Part shown: piece by piece, positions 19,506 through 28,406 of the stretch
Layout: each line of letters begins with the position of its first letter
How positions within the stretch are numbered: the first letter of the stretch is position 1
Assembly (NCBI GenBank): GCA_964575335.1
Contig: CAZNPU010000010.1
Span: 1,174-65,173 of the forward strand
Reading direction: 5' to 3'
Length of the DNA: 64,000 nt
Origin: an uncultured Isosphaeraceae bacterium
GTDB taxonomy: Bacteria; Planctomycetota; Phycisphaerae; Phycisphaerales; SM1A02
Notes under the pieces: model-generated
What the model saw: only the letters and a program-made list of their open reading frames with translations
Told to the model about the DNA's origin: nothing
Database searches by the model: none
Translations under genes and position numbers: made by a program

Positions 19506-19891
19506 TGCTCCGGAGATGTGTCGGTTTTATCGTTGGACTTGCGCGGCCAACTGCAGTGAAAGCCGACGCATGGCACGCGCGATGCCGACTCTGTTTCAGC
19601 CTGCTCCAGCAGCGACTGCACCTGCTGCATCAATTCAGCGTCCAGCGTGACCGAGGCGATGTACTGACCGCCTTCCTCGCCGGGCACCACCGTGGTGAGC
19701 ACCGCCACGGTGTCGTCCTGTTGCAGCGCGCGGATCACATGCTCGCCAACCTGCTCAGCGAGCGAACTCAATCGCGTAATCACGATCGGCCGCTTTCCAT
19801 CGCCCGTTTGAGTGGCGCCGGCATCACTTTCAATGTTGTCGGTCTGTGCAGGCGAAGCGATGGAGCGATCAGCCGGATTCATTTCAGTCAT
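19502..19891 (-). CDS. Hypothetical small acidic protein
   Basis: The ATG at 19891 gives MTEMNPADR..., with GGAGAAAGG upstream. Its TGA overlaps the GTG start of the downstream Tat-signal gene (GTGA, 19505-19502). No family recognised. Confidence 0.45.
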   Translation of the reverse strand: MTEMNPADRSIASPAQTDNIESDAGATQTGDGKRPIVITRLSSLAEQVGEHVIRALQQDDTVAVLTTVVPGEEGGQYIASVTLDAELMQQVQSLLEQAETESASRVPCVGFHCSWPRKSNDKTDTSPEQ

Positions 19892-20007
19892 GTCGCTGGC
19901 CTTTCTCCAACAAACGGCGCTGCTTTTGGCGGGCAAGTGACGCGGCAATGAAACCGGCGCGGGATGTCATGCTCATGCATGCAGCATGACTGCGCCGCAG
20001 TTCATTT

Positions 20008-22905
20008 TCAATTGCCCTGGGCTGCTGCGCCAAGTTTCTGCTCGGCGAAGGTTCGCGCCGCGTTGATGGCGTCGTTGATTTTCGACGGATCCTTGCCGCC
20101 GGCCTGGGCCATGTCGGGGCGTCCGCCGCCCGAACCGCCGCACGCTGCCGCTGCCTGCTTGACCCAGTCGCCTGCCTTGAGGCCCGCCTCGATCAACGGC
20201 TTGGGCACCGCAGCAACGATGACAACCTTGCCTTCATCTTCATTGTCTGAGAGCAGCATCGCAGCCATGTCCGGCCGCTTGGCCTTGATCATATCCATTG
20301 CAGCAAGCAGGCTGTCGCGATCCGCATGGTCGAGACGTTCGATCATCACGCGGCTGTCAGATTGCTCCAGCAGCGAGCGCGCCTGTTCGATCACGGCATC
20401 GCGGTTAGCGGCCTGCGCGCTCTTGCGCAGCGACTTCACGCGATCGCGCAGCGATTCAATCTGCTCCCGCACGTTGTGTTTGTGCACCGCGCTCATGGGC
20501 AGTTCATCGACAAGACGCGACAACTCATCGAATTCGGTGAGCAGTTGATCGTCGGGAAGCTGCGCTGCGCGTACTGCGCGCTGCTCGAGTTCGCGGCCAG
20601 CCATGTCCGCAGCCATCGCTGCGCTGCCGGTGCGCGCCAGAATGCGCCGCACGCCTGCCGCCAGGGCCTGTTCGGAAGTGATGACGAACCGCTTGGCTTC
20701 GTTGGTATGCGAAAGATGCGTGCCGCCGCAGAACTCGACGGAGTAGCGCCGCCACTGCGGGTTGGCGGGATCGGCCAGCATCTCGGCAACCGGCGCTCCC
20801 ACGCTCACCACGCGCACCGGATCGGGATAACGCTCGCCGAACACCGCGCGTATGCCGTTGATTTGCCTGGCTTTTTCCAGTGGCGCGATGTCGCTGTAGA
20901 CGGTGAGATCGCGCTCAATTGCCTCGTTGACCAATGTTTCTACGCGCTCGATCTGCTCGATGGTCATCGCCTGCGAATACGAAAAATCGAATCGCAAACG
21001 ATCGTCTGCCACGAGCGAACCTTTCTGATTGACCTCATCGCCCAGCACCTCGCGCAATGCCCAGTTGAGCAGGTGCGTGGCGGTGTGGTTGGCCCGCACA
21101 GCATTGCGCCGTTCGCCGTAAATGATCATCTGCACCGACTCACCCACAGCGATGCGACCTCGCGTCAGCCGGCCGATGTGCAGCACATAGCCTTCGCCGG
21201 GCGGGCCGAACATCTTCACGTCTTCAACAAGAAACTCGCTGGCGTCGCCATCCACGTCGATGATGCGGCCGGTGTCGGCAATCTGGCCGCCCGCCTCGGC
21301 GTAGAAATTGGTGCGGTTGGTGATCACAGCAAGCAACTGCCTGCGTCCGGGGCCGGCAATGTGATTGTCGAAATCGGTTCCGTTCCAGACCGCCTCCACG
21401 CGCGCGGTGATCGGCCGGCCGTGATACTTGTCCACATCGCTGGTCGGTTTGACGTTCTTGAACTTGAGCTGCGCAATTGCGTGGGGCGGCAGGTCGATTG
21501 ATTTTTCCGCGCCTTCGCCGCCGCTGCGGCTTTTGACGCGGGCTTCTTCCATCAACCGCTCGAAACCCGCTTCGTCAACCGTCATGCCGCGCTCTTCCGC
21601 CATCACGCGCGTCAGATCGATGGGGAAGCCGTAGGTGTCGTGAAGTTTGAAGGCGTCCTCGGCGGAGATTACTCCTCCCGCTTGTTGTTCAGCAGCGCCG
21701 CCCTTTGCAGTGCCGGCTTTCTGACATGCGATTTCAAAGAGTTCGAGACCGCGATCGAGCGTCTTGAGGAACGCTTCCTCTTCGCTGCGAATTACTTGCG
21801 CCACACGCTCCGGATTTTTCTTGAGTTCCGGGAACGCATCGCCGAGCGTGTCCACCACCGTCGGCACAAGCTCGTGCAGCCACGCGTCTTTCACGCCGAG
21901 CGTCTGGTGGCCGTGGCGCACTGCGCGGCGGAGAATGCGGCGCAGTACGTACCCACGCCCTTCATTGCTCGGCACAGCGCCGTCGGTGATCGCCATCGTC
22001 AGGCAGCGAATGTGGTCGGCAATCACGCGGTACGCAACATCGATGTGGTCATCGAGCTTGCCCGTGTACTGCCGCGTGCCGGCCTGCTTTTGAATCGCAT
22101 CAAAAATCGGCGTCCAGATGTCGGTGTCGTAGTTCGAGGTCTTGCCCTGGATCACGCGCACGATGCGCTCAAAGCCCATGCCCGTATCGACGTGCTTGGC
22201 GGGCAGGGGCGTGAGCTTGCCGTCGTTGCCTCGGTTGAACTGGATGAACACGAGGTTCCAGATTTCGATCACGCGAGGATCGCCGGCATTGACGAGCTGA
22301 GTGCCCACTTTGTCGGGGGTGTCGTCGTAATGAATCTCACTGCACGGTCCGCACGGACCGGTGTCGCCCATTTCCCAGAAGTTGTCTTTCTTGGTTCCCG
22401 GGTGGACGCGCTGGGGCGGCAGGTATTTCAGCCAGATATCGCGTGCCTCGAGGTCGGGCTGGAGGTTCTCGCTTGGATCGCCTTCGAAGTACGTGGCGTG
22501 CAGGCGTTCGGGGTCGAGCTTCCAGACGTTGACAAGCAAATCCCAGGCCCACGCGATGGCTTCGGCTTTGAAGTAGTCACCGAACGACCAGTTGCCGAGC
22601 ATCTCGAAGAAAGTGTGGTGGTAGGTGTCCTTGCCGACGTCCTCCAGGTCATTGTGCTTGCCTCCGGCCCGGATGCACTTCTGGCTGTTGACGGCCCGTG
22701 TGTACGGCCGGGTTCCCTGGCCGAGGAAGACGTCTTTGAACTGGTTCATCCCCGCGTTGGTGAACAGCAGGGTGGGATCGTCATGCGGCACGACGGGCGA
22801 TGAGGGCACAAACGTGTGGCCGGCATTTTTGACGAAGTAATCGATGAAATCCTGGCGGATCTGTTTCGACGTCAGTACTCGAGAATCGGCAGCGGAATTG
22901 TGCAT
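20008..22905 (-). CDS. alaS: Alanine--tRNA ligase
   Basis: Start at 22905 gives MHNSAADSRVLTSKQIRQDFIDYF...FTNAGMNQFK...WNLVFIQFN... The editing-domain HxxxH/CGGTH motif (FCGGTHLS) and a C-terminal DHHA1-like segment are present. Confidence 0.97.
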   Translation of the reverse strand: MHNSAADSRVLTSKQIRQDFIDYFVKNAGHTFVPSSPVVPHDDPTLLFTNAGMNQFKDVFLGQGTRPYTRAVNSQKCIRAGGKHNDLEDVGKDTYHHTFFEMLGNWSFGDYFKAEAIAWAWDLLVNVWKLDPERLHATYFEGDPSENLQPDLEARDIWLKYLPPQRVHPGTKKDNFWEMGDTGPCGPCSEIHYDDTPDKVGTQLVNAGDPRVIEIWNLVFIQFNRGNDGKLTPLPAKHVDTGMGFERIVRVIQGKTSNYDTDIWTPIFDAIQKQAGTRQYTGKLDDHIDVAYRVIADHIRCLTMAITDGAVPSNEGRGYVLRRILRRAVRHGHQTLGVKDAWLHELVPTVVDTLGDAFPELKKNPERVAQVIRSEEEAFLKTLDRGLELFEIACQKAGTAKGGAAEQQAGGVISAEDAFKLHDTYGFPIDLTRVMAEERGMTVDEAGFERLMEEARVKSRSGGEGAEKSIDLPPHAIAQLKFKNVKPTSDVDKYHGRPITARVEAVWNGTDFDNHIAGPGRRQLLAVITNRTNFYAEAGGQIADTGRIIDVDGDASEFLVEDVKMFGPPGEGYVLHIGRLTRGRIAVGESVQMIIYGERRNAVRANHTATHLLNWALREVLGDEVNQKGSLVADDRLRFDFSYSQAMTIEQIERVETLVNEAIERDLTVYSDIAPLEKARQINGIRAVFGERYPDPVRVVSVGAPVAEMLADPANPQWRRYSVEFCGGTHLSHTNEAKRFVITSEQALAAGVRRILARTGSAAMAADMAGRELEQRAVRAAQLPDDQLLTEFDELSRLVDELPMSAVHKHNVREQIESLRDRVKSLRKSAQAANRDAVIEQARSLLEQSDSRVMIERLDHADRDSLLAAMDMIKAKRPDMAAMLLSDNEDEGKVVIVAAVPKPLIEAGLKAGDWVKQAAAACGGSGGGRPDMAQAGGKDPSKINDAINAARTFAEQKLGAAAQGN

Positions 22906-23230
22906 AAGGCAAGTAGTGTAGCCGGCCGAAAGCATGGCATGGCGGACGTATCTTGCGCGTCGTTGTGCATATTTTGGCCCAGTGAGATTCCACCGCGTCC
23001 GGTGACGGCCTGCGCAAATGGGGCGGGCGCTGGGGGCATGTTGGTGTTCAGGTTGGGGCAGGGGGTTTGGTCAGTTTATGAGGAAAAGGGCCGTCGGCCC
23101 GGCCCTGGCGGTTCCTGCAGGGTGCCTCGCGCTGCGGGCGGGCGTGCCTGCTGCCTGCCAAAGGAAGTGGCAAGAACGGGCAGAATCCGCTATCCTCGGA
23201 AGATTCGCCGCTCAAGACAGGAGCATTGCC

Positions 23231-24013
23231 GTGGCTCATCGAACGCCCATTGTTGGCGGCAACTGGAAGATGAACACCGACCTCGCCTCGGCGGTGGAAT
23301 TGGCCGATAACGTGGTCGCAAGTTGCTCGCCGTTTGTGCAGCACACCGATATCGCGCTGTTTCCGCCTTTTCCGTACCTCCAGGCGGTTGGCAAAACATT
23401 GGGACATCATGGCATCCTGCTGGGTGCTCAGGATGTGTATTACGAAGCCAGCGGCGCTTTCACCGGCGAGGTCAGCGCAGCAATGCTGGTCGACCTCAAC
23501 GTCGCGGTGGTGCTCACGGGCCATTCCGAGCGGCGGCATATCATCGGTGAAAGCGATGAACTGGTGAATCTCAAGACCAGGGCCGCGCTGGACGCCGGAT
23601 TATGGGTGATTTTGTGCGTCGGCGAGACCATCGAGCAGCGTGAGGCCGGCCAGGTGGACGATGTGAATGTCCGCCAGCTCACCATCGGTCTGGACGGCGT
23701 ACCGGTTGAGCAGATGCGCCAGGTGATCATCGCCTACGAGCCAGTGTGGGCCATCGGCACGGGGCGGACCGCCACCCCGGAAGATGCCGAGGCGGTCCAT
23801 CGGGTTCTCCGCGCGACGCTGGCGGATTTATATGATGAATCTGTCGCCGAATCGGTGAGAATTCAATACGGCGGCTCGGTGAAAGCCAATAATGCACGTG
23901 AACTGTTCAGCCAGCCCAACATCGACGGATTTCTGGTTGGCGGCGCATCGCTCAAGGCCGACGAGTTTGCTGCGATCGTTCAGGCGACGGCGGCAACAAA
24001 CGTGTCGCAGTAA
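23231..24013 (+). CDS. tpiA: Triosephosphate isomerase
   Basis: The in-frame GTG at 23231 has AGGAG upstream and gives (M)AHRTPIVGGNWKMN...GHSERR...AYEPVWAIGTG. The 71-codon upstream extension in the ORF track is non-homologous. Confidence 0.95.
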   Translation: MAHRTPIVGGNWKMNTDLASAVELADNVVASCSPFVQHTDIALFPPFPYLQAVGKTLGHHGILLGAQDVYYEASGAFTGEVSAAMLVDLNVAVVLTGHSERRHIIGESDELVNLKTRAALDAGLWVILCVGETIEQREAGQVDDVNVRQLTIGLDGVPVEQMRQVIIAYEPVWAIGTGRTATPEDAEAVHRVLRATLADLYDESVAESVRIQYGGSVKANNARELFSQPNIDGFLVGGASLKADEFAAIVQATAATNVSQ

Positions 24014-24105
24014 CGCACAGTCGTCGGCAGGCGCGTTCTCGCTGCAGCAACAACAGTGTCGATTATGCAACGGCTGAAAGCCAAGCAGAACAAAGGCAGA
24101 TACGA

Positions 24106-24627
24106 ATGAGTTTGGGTTTTCTGATTCTGACCATCGTCTTCATCATCGTGTCCGGTGCGATGATTCTGATCATCCTTGTGCAACGGCCGCAGGGCGGCGG
24201 CCTGGCAGGCGCGTTCGGCGGCGCAGGCGGCACGGGCAGTGATACGGTCTTCGGCGGACGCGTGGGCGACGCCCTCACAGCCATGACGGTGGCAGCGTTT
24301 GTCGCTTACCTTGCCCTGGCGATCGGGCTCAACCTGCTGGAGGTGCGGTCACTTCCTGAAGCAGCCGACCCTGCCACGCCAGCGATCAGCAGCACCGAAC
24401 CGCTGACCGATGTGCCGATCGACAGCGGCAGCAACGCTCCGCCGACGGTCATTCCGCTGGATGGGCCGCCGCCGGAATTGTTCAATCAGGGAACCGGCAG
24501 CGCCGAGGCTCCGGTTCAGGATACATCAGTTGCGCCGCAGGCAGATGAGCAGCCCGATGCTGCGATCCCGTCACCGCCTGCTGATGCTGCCGATGCAGCA
24601 CCGTCAGATGGCGTTGAGAATGAGTAA
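24106..24627 (+). CDS. secG: Preprotein translocase subunit SecG with a long low-complexity C-terminal tail
   Basis: MSLGFLILTIVFIIVSGAMILIILVQRPQGGGLAGAFGG...TAMTVAAFVAYLALAIGL shows the SecG two-TM pattern. tpiA-secG synteny is conserved. Confidence 0.8.
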   Translation: MSLGFLILTIVFIIVSGAMILIILVQRPQGGGLAGAFGGAGGTGSDTVFGGRVGDALTAMTVAAFVAYLALAIGLNLLEVRSLPEAADPATPAISSTEPLTDVPIDSGSNAPPTVIPLDGPPPELFNQGTGSAEAPVQDTSVAPQADEQPDAAIPSPPADAADAAPSDGVENE

Positions 24628-24633
24628 TCGCCC

Positions 24634-25521
24634 ATGATCCGATCAATGACCGGATTCGGCGAAGCGGCCGCCATGGTTGATGGCGTGCATTACGGCGTTG
24701 AAATCCGTTCAGTGAACAACAAATTCTTCAAGGCCCAGGTGCGCCTGCCGGATGAACTGCAGGGCCTTGAAGCTGAGATCGAGGCGGCGGTCGCCAAGCG
24801 CATCAACCGGGGCAGCGTGATCGTGACCGTGCGGTTTACCGATGTTTCAGCCAAAGCGGCGGCTCGGATCAATACCGAAGCCGTGCAGTGTTACCTGGAG
24901 CAAATTCTGACCGTACCGGGGCTGAAGCACGTCGGGGTCCGGGTGGATATCGGCGGGCTGCTCGCTCTACCGGGCGTAATCATCACCGAAACCTCTGAGC
25001 AGCGGCTTGACGAGGCGCGAAGCGTACTGCTGCGGCTGGTTGATGAGGCATGTGACCGGCTGCAGGCGATGCGGATCCGAGAAGGCGAAACGCTGCGGAA
25101 CGAACTGCACAAGCACTGCCAGGTGATTGCATCGCATCTCAAGGTGGTGAAGGAGCGCGTCCCGGTTACGGTGCAGTTGTATCAGGAGCGACTGCGGCAG
25201 CGCATGCAGATGCTGCTTGCTGAGTCGGGCGCCGCTGTTCGCGAGGAAGATTTGCTTCGCGAGGTGGCGGTGTACGCGGAACGGACCGATATTGCTGAGG
25301 AAGTTGCGCGGCTGGAAGGCCACATGGCGCAGTTTGCTGAGATCATTGACGCTGAGGGCGAAGAGCCTTCCGGCCGAACGCTGGATTTTCTCAGCCAGGA
25401 ACTGCTGCGTGAGGCCAACACGATTGCCAGCAAGTGCCTTGATGTGGAAATCAGCCGCCGCATTGTCGAAATCAAGGGCGCAATCGACCGGATCAAGGAA
25501 CAGGCGCAGAATGTCGAATAA
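24634..25521 (+). CDS. yicC: YicC-family stress-induced protein (endoribonuclease YicC-like)
   Basis: MIRSMTGFGEA..., the C-terminal DUF1732-like EISRRIVEIKGAIDRIKEQAQNVE, and a 295-aa length. Confidence 0.9.
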   Translation: MIRSMTGFGEAAAMVDGVHYGVEIRSVNNKFFKAQVRLPDELQGLEAEIEAAVAKRINRGSVIVTVRFTDVSAKAAARINTEAVQCYLEQILTVPGLKHVGVRVDIGGLLALPGVIITETSEQRLDEARSVLLRLVDEACDRLQAMRIREGETLRNELHKHCQVIASHLKVVKERVPVTVQLYQERLRQRMQMLLAESGAAVREEDLLREVAVYAERTDIAEEVARLEGHMAQFAEIIDAEGEEPSGRTLDFLSQELLREANTIASKCLDVEISRRIVEIKGAIDRIKEQAQNVE

Positions 25522-25767
25522 GGGATGCGGCAAGGGGGGCGAGGTGAGGCGATGCATGTGCCTCTTTTTCTGCTGAAAGGCCCCATTACCGAGACAAGGA
25601 GCCAAGGAGACAGGGAGGTAAGGAGACGGACAGATGCTCCCTTTTCCTCATCCCCTTGTTTTCCTGTCTTATCTGGCGGCCTGAAGCGATGTCATGAATG
25701 CCGGGTGCTTCGCATCCGCCGGCTCTTTCAAATGCGTATTGCCTGATGGCCGCAGTATCTGGCTTGC

Positions 25768-26940
25768 TTGTGCGTCAATAGTTCTTTGAAGGATCGCCTC
25801 ATCGTGCCGACCGACCATCATGCTCATTCTGCTGCTTCTTCGGAGCCACCGCGGCCGCACGTTGGGCCGGTGGTGAACGATCAGGTGCACCGTGAGCGAT
25901 TTGATACGCACGAACTGGCCATCGTGCTGAGTCATTTTGATATCGGCGTCATTGAACAGCTACGCCCGTATCCGCGTGGATCGCGCCGATCGCCCAAGTT
26001 GCGCATCAAATCGCAGCGGGGGGAGTTTTTGCTCAAACGCCGCGCTCATGGTCAGGATGATCCGTTTCGTGTGGCCTTTGCGCACGATCTGCAACTGCAT
26101 CTTGCGCAGCAGAACTACCCTGTACCGGGACTGATCGGCACGCGCGACGACAACAATTCGATGCTGCAGTTTGCCGGCCGGGTGTATGAACTGTTCAACT
26201 ACATTCACGGTACGCGCGTGGATGGTTCACCAGCAGCAGCCATGCAAGCCGGCGCTGCGCTGGGGCATTTGCATCGCCTGCTGCACGACTATCGCTCGCC
26301 GTATCCGCCCGGTACAGGGAGCTTCCACGGCGTATCTGCAATCGGGGCGAAGATGTCGCTGCTTCCCGGGGCTGTTGCAGCGGTGGAACCGCAGACCGAT
26401 CGCACAACAGTTGGTCAAACGGTGGATTTTCTTCGAAGGGCGTATCTGGACGCAGCACAGCGCGTTGATGATCTGGATTTTCCCGCCTGGCCGCGCGAGA
26501 TCGTGCATGGCGACTGGCATCCGGGAAACCTGCTGCTTCGCGATGGCAGAGTGGTGGCGGTGCTGGATTTTGACTCTTCGCGTCTGGAGCCGCGCGTCGT
26601 CGATGTCGCCAATGCAGCGTTGCAGTTCTCGATGCGCGTCGATGCAGGAGAAGACCCGCTCAATTGGCCCGAAGGGTTCGACGCTAACCTGATTCGCGCC
26701 ATCGTGCGCGGCTATGATCAGGCTTCCTATGCGCCGCTGACCAAATCCGAGTGCCTGGCTCTGCCATGGCTCATGGTTGAAGGTCTGATCATCGAAGCCA
26801 TCGTGCCCATCGTCGCCACGGGCAGTTTTTCGCAGATCTCCGGATCTTCGTTCTTGCGAATGGTGGAGCGCAAGGTCAAATGGTTGCGGCCGCGGGCAGC
26901 AAATTTGTCCGAGGTGCTTATGCAGGAGTCTGGCGCGTGA
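25768..26940 (+). CDS. APH-family phosphotransferase (homoserine kinase type II / aminoglycoside-macrolide kinase-like)
   Basis: HGDWHPGNLLLRDGRVVAVLDFD is the Brenner/APH catalytic-loop motif. The start is uncertain. Confidence 0.7.
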   Translation: MCVNSSLKDRLIVPTDHHAHSAASSEPPRPHVGPVVNDQVHRERFDTHELAIVLSHFDIGVIEQLRPYPRGSRRSPKLRIKSQRGEFLLKRRAHGQDDPFRVAFAHDLQLHLAQQNYPVPGLIGTRDDNNSMLQFAGRVYELFNYIHGTRVDGSPAAAMQAGAALGHLHRLLHDYRSPYPPGTGSFHGVSAIGAKMSLLPGAVAAVEPQTDRTTVGQTVDFLRRAYLDAAQRVDDLDFPAWPREIVHGDWHPGNLLLRDGRVVAVLDFDSSRLEPRVVDVANAALQFSMRVDAGEDPLNWPEGFDANLIRAIVRGYDQASYAPLTKSECLALPWLMVEGLIIEAIVPIVATGSFSQISGSSFLRMVERKVKWLRPRAANLSEVLMQESGA

Positions 26941-27005
26941 CTGATGAGCGCAGCTGTATTCGATCACCGTTCGGGGGCAGGAAAATCAGCGCAGCAATCG
27001 TGCGA

Positions 27006-27953
27006 ATGGCTGCAGGCTGCTGCATCATGCTGGCGCTTGTGTGGTGCAAACAGCCAGCCATGGCGCAGCTGAACGACGGCTCGCAGCGATTGGTGGTCGT
27101 GTTGCCTGATGAAGCGACGCTCCGAAGCTTTGCGGTTGACCCGCAGGTTCGGGCGCTGGTGGCGCAACTAGATGACGCGTCTTTTCAGACGCGCGAGGCT
27201 GCCACGCAGGCGCTGCTGGAAGTGGCTCCCGATCGCATGCACCTCTACGCCATGCTGGTGCAGGAAGAGTTGAGCACAGAGCAGCGGTATCGCCTGCTTG
27301 AAGTGATTCGCGAGCATTTGCTCCGCACCCCGCGCGGTGCGCTGGGCATCAGCATGCGGATTGCGCCGCTTGGCGAGCATGGGATGGGCATTCAGGTTAC
27401 GGACTTCGTTCAAGGCCTGCCCGCGCAGCGCGTCTTGCAGATAGGCGACATCATTACGCACATCGACGGCTCGCCGGTCACTGACAACGATCAGGTGATC
27501 GCCCGCGTTCAAACCAAGCGGCCGGGTGAGAAGGTCATGCTCACGGTTCATCGTGCGAAGGTCGATGAGCAGGGCAGGATACTGCGTGATGCACGCGGCG
27601 CTGAGATTCTTGAAATCAGGCAGATTGAACTCGAACTGGGCTCAGCTGAATTGCTCTCCCGCGCCGGCACGCCGAGCGTTACGCGCAGCGTCGTGCTGGA
27701 GCAGCGTCAGCGCGAAGCGGCGGTGGTGTATGAGTTGCACCAGCCGACGCCGAGAGAAATCACAATCCGTGGCGAGCTGACGCTGCGGGATGACCAAACT
27801 GGATTGGGATTTGATTCATCGTGGCAGCAGGAGCAGATACGTTCGCAGATCGCTGCCTGGGAGCACGCGCTTCAAACGCATGATCTCACAGCCGAGCAGC
27901 GGCGGGTTCTGCTTGAGGAAATTGCGAAGTATCGCCGGCTGCTGACGCAGTGA
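27006..27953 (+). CDS. Secreted PDZ-domain protein
   Basis: The ATG at 27006 gives MAAGCCIMLALVWCKQPAMAQ (signal-like). The PDZ segment is GMGIQVTDFVQGLPAQRVLQIGDIITHIDGSPVTDNDQVIARVQTKRPGEKVMLTV. Confidence 0.6.
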   Translation: MAAGCCIMLALVWCKQPAMAQLNDGSQRLVVVLPDEATLRSFAVDPQVRALVAQLDDASFQTREAATQALLEVAPDRMHLYAMLVQEELSTEQRYRLLEVIREHLLRTPRGALGISMRIAPLGEHGMGIQVTDFVQGLPAQRVLQIGDIITHIDGSPVTDNDQVIARVQTKRPGEKVMLTVHRAKVDEQGRILRDARGAEILEIRQIELELGSAELLSRAGTPSVTRSVVLEQRQREAAVVYELHQPTPREITIRGELTLRDDQTGLGFDSSWQQEQIRSQIAAWEHALQTHDLTAEQRRVLLEEIAKYRRLLTQ

Positions 27954-27980
27954 AGCGAACCTTCACGCGAACGCAGGCGA

Positions 27981-28406
27981 TCAGAACAGTGAAAGAACGG
28001 CGGTGATCGCCAGAGCCAGCACAAACACAATGACCAGCAGCACCGCCGCAAGAAAGCCTAAACGAGGCAGCAGCGGCATGGAGCCTGGCACCCGCTTCAG
28101 CGGCACGCGATCCACGCGCTCGCCGACGTCAACTTCATCCCAGTCGATGTCAACCGAGTCGGCGATGTTCTGTTCCAGCGCCAGCCGCGCCCGCTCCAGA
28201 TCGCGTCGTCTGACCTGCACCGGCACGCGCGTGAACTTTGCATTGAACGCCAGACTGCTGTGCACGGCGCCGAAGACATGTGTTTCGATTCCCTGCTCGC
28301 GCAAGACGGCAGCCAGCGTGCCAGCTTCGAATTCATTTGCGCCGGTCGCCACCGTCACCAGATCATCGCTTGCGTCATGTTGCGTCTCAGGTTCAAAGGC
28401 GTTCAT
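27981..28406 (-). CDS. DUF2007-like (putative signal-transducing fold) protein with a C-terminal TM anchor
   Basis: LVTVATGANEFEAGTLAAVLREQGIETHVFG...VPVQVRRRDLERARLAL has a beta-alpha-beta pattern. The C-terminal helix is LGFLAAVLLVIVFVLALAITAVLSLF. Its ATG overlaps the upstream stop (ATGA at 28406-28403). Confidence 0.5.
   Translation of the reverse strand: MNAFEPETQHDASDDLVTVATGANEFEAGTLAAVLREQGIETHVFGAVHSSLAFNAKFTRVPVQVRRRDLERARLALEQNIADSVDIDWDEVDVGERVDRVPLKRVPGSMPLLPRLGFLAAVLLVIVFVLALAITAVLSLF

Noticed and set aside
20326-22803. Two long plus-strand ORFs (391 and 387 aa) antisense to alaS
   Set aside because: They lie entirely inside a high-confidence alaS reading frame. They have Arg/His/Ala/Gly-rich low-information composition and no recognisable motifs. 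Such shadow ORFs are typical of high-GC DNA.
23018-23230. 71-codon N-terminal extension of tpiA in the ORF track (similar extensions occur for tmk, galK, leuS, Nif3, panB, the ankyrin gene and others)
   Set aside because: The extensions are Arg/Ala/Cys/Trp-rich, non-homologous to the families, and often overlap neighbouring genes. Internal starts with SD sequences match homologue N-termini.
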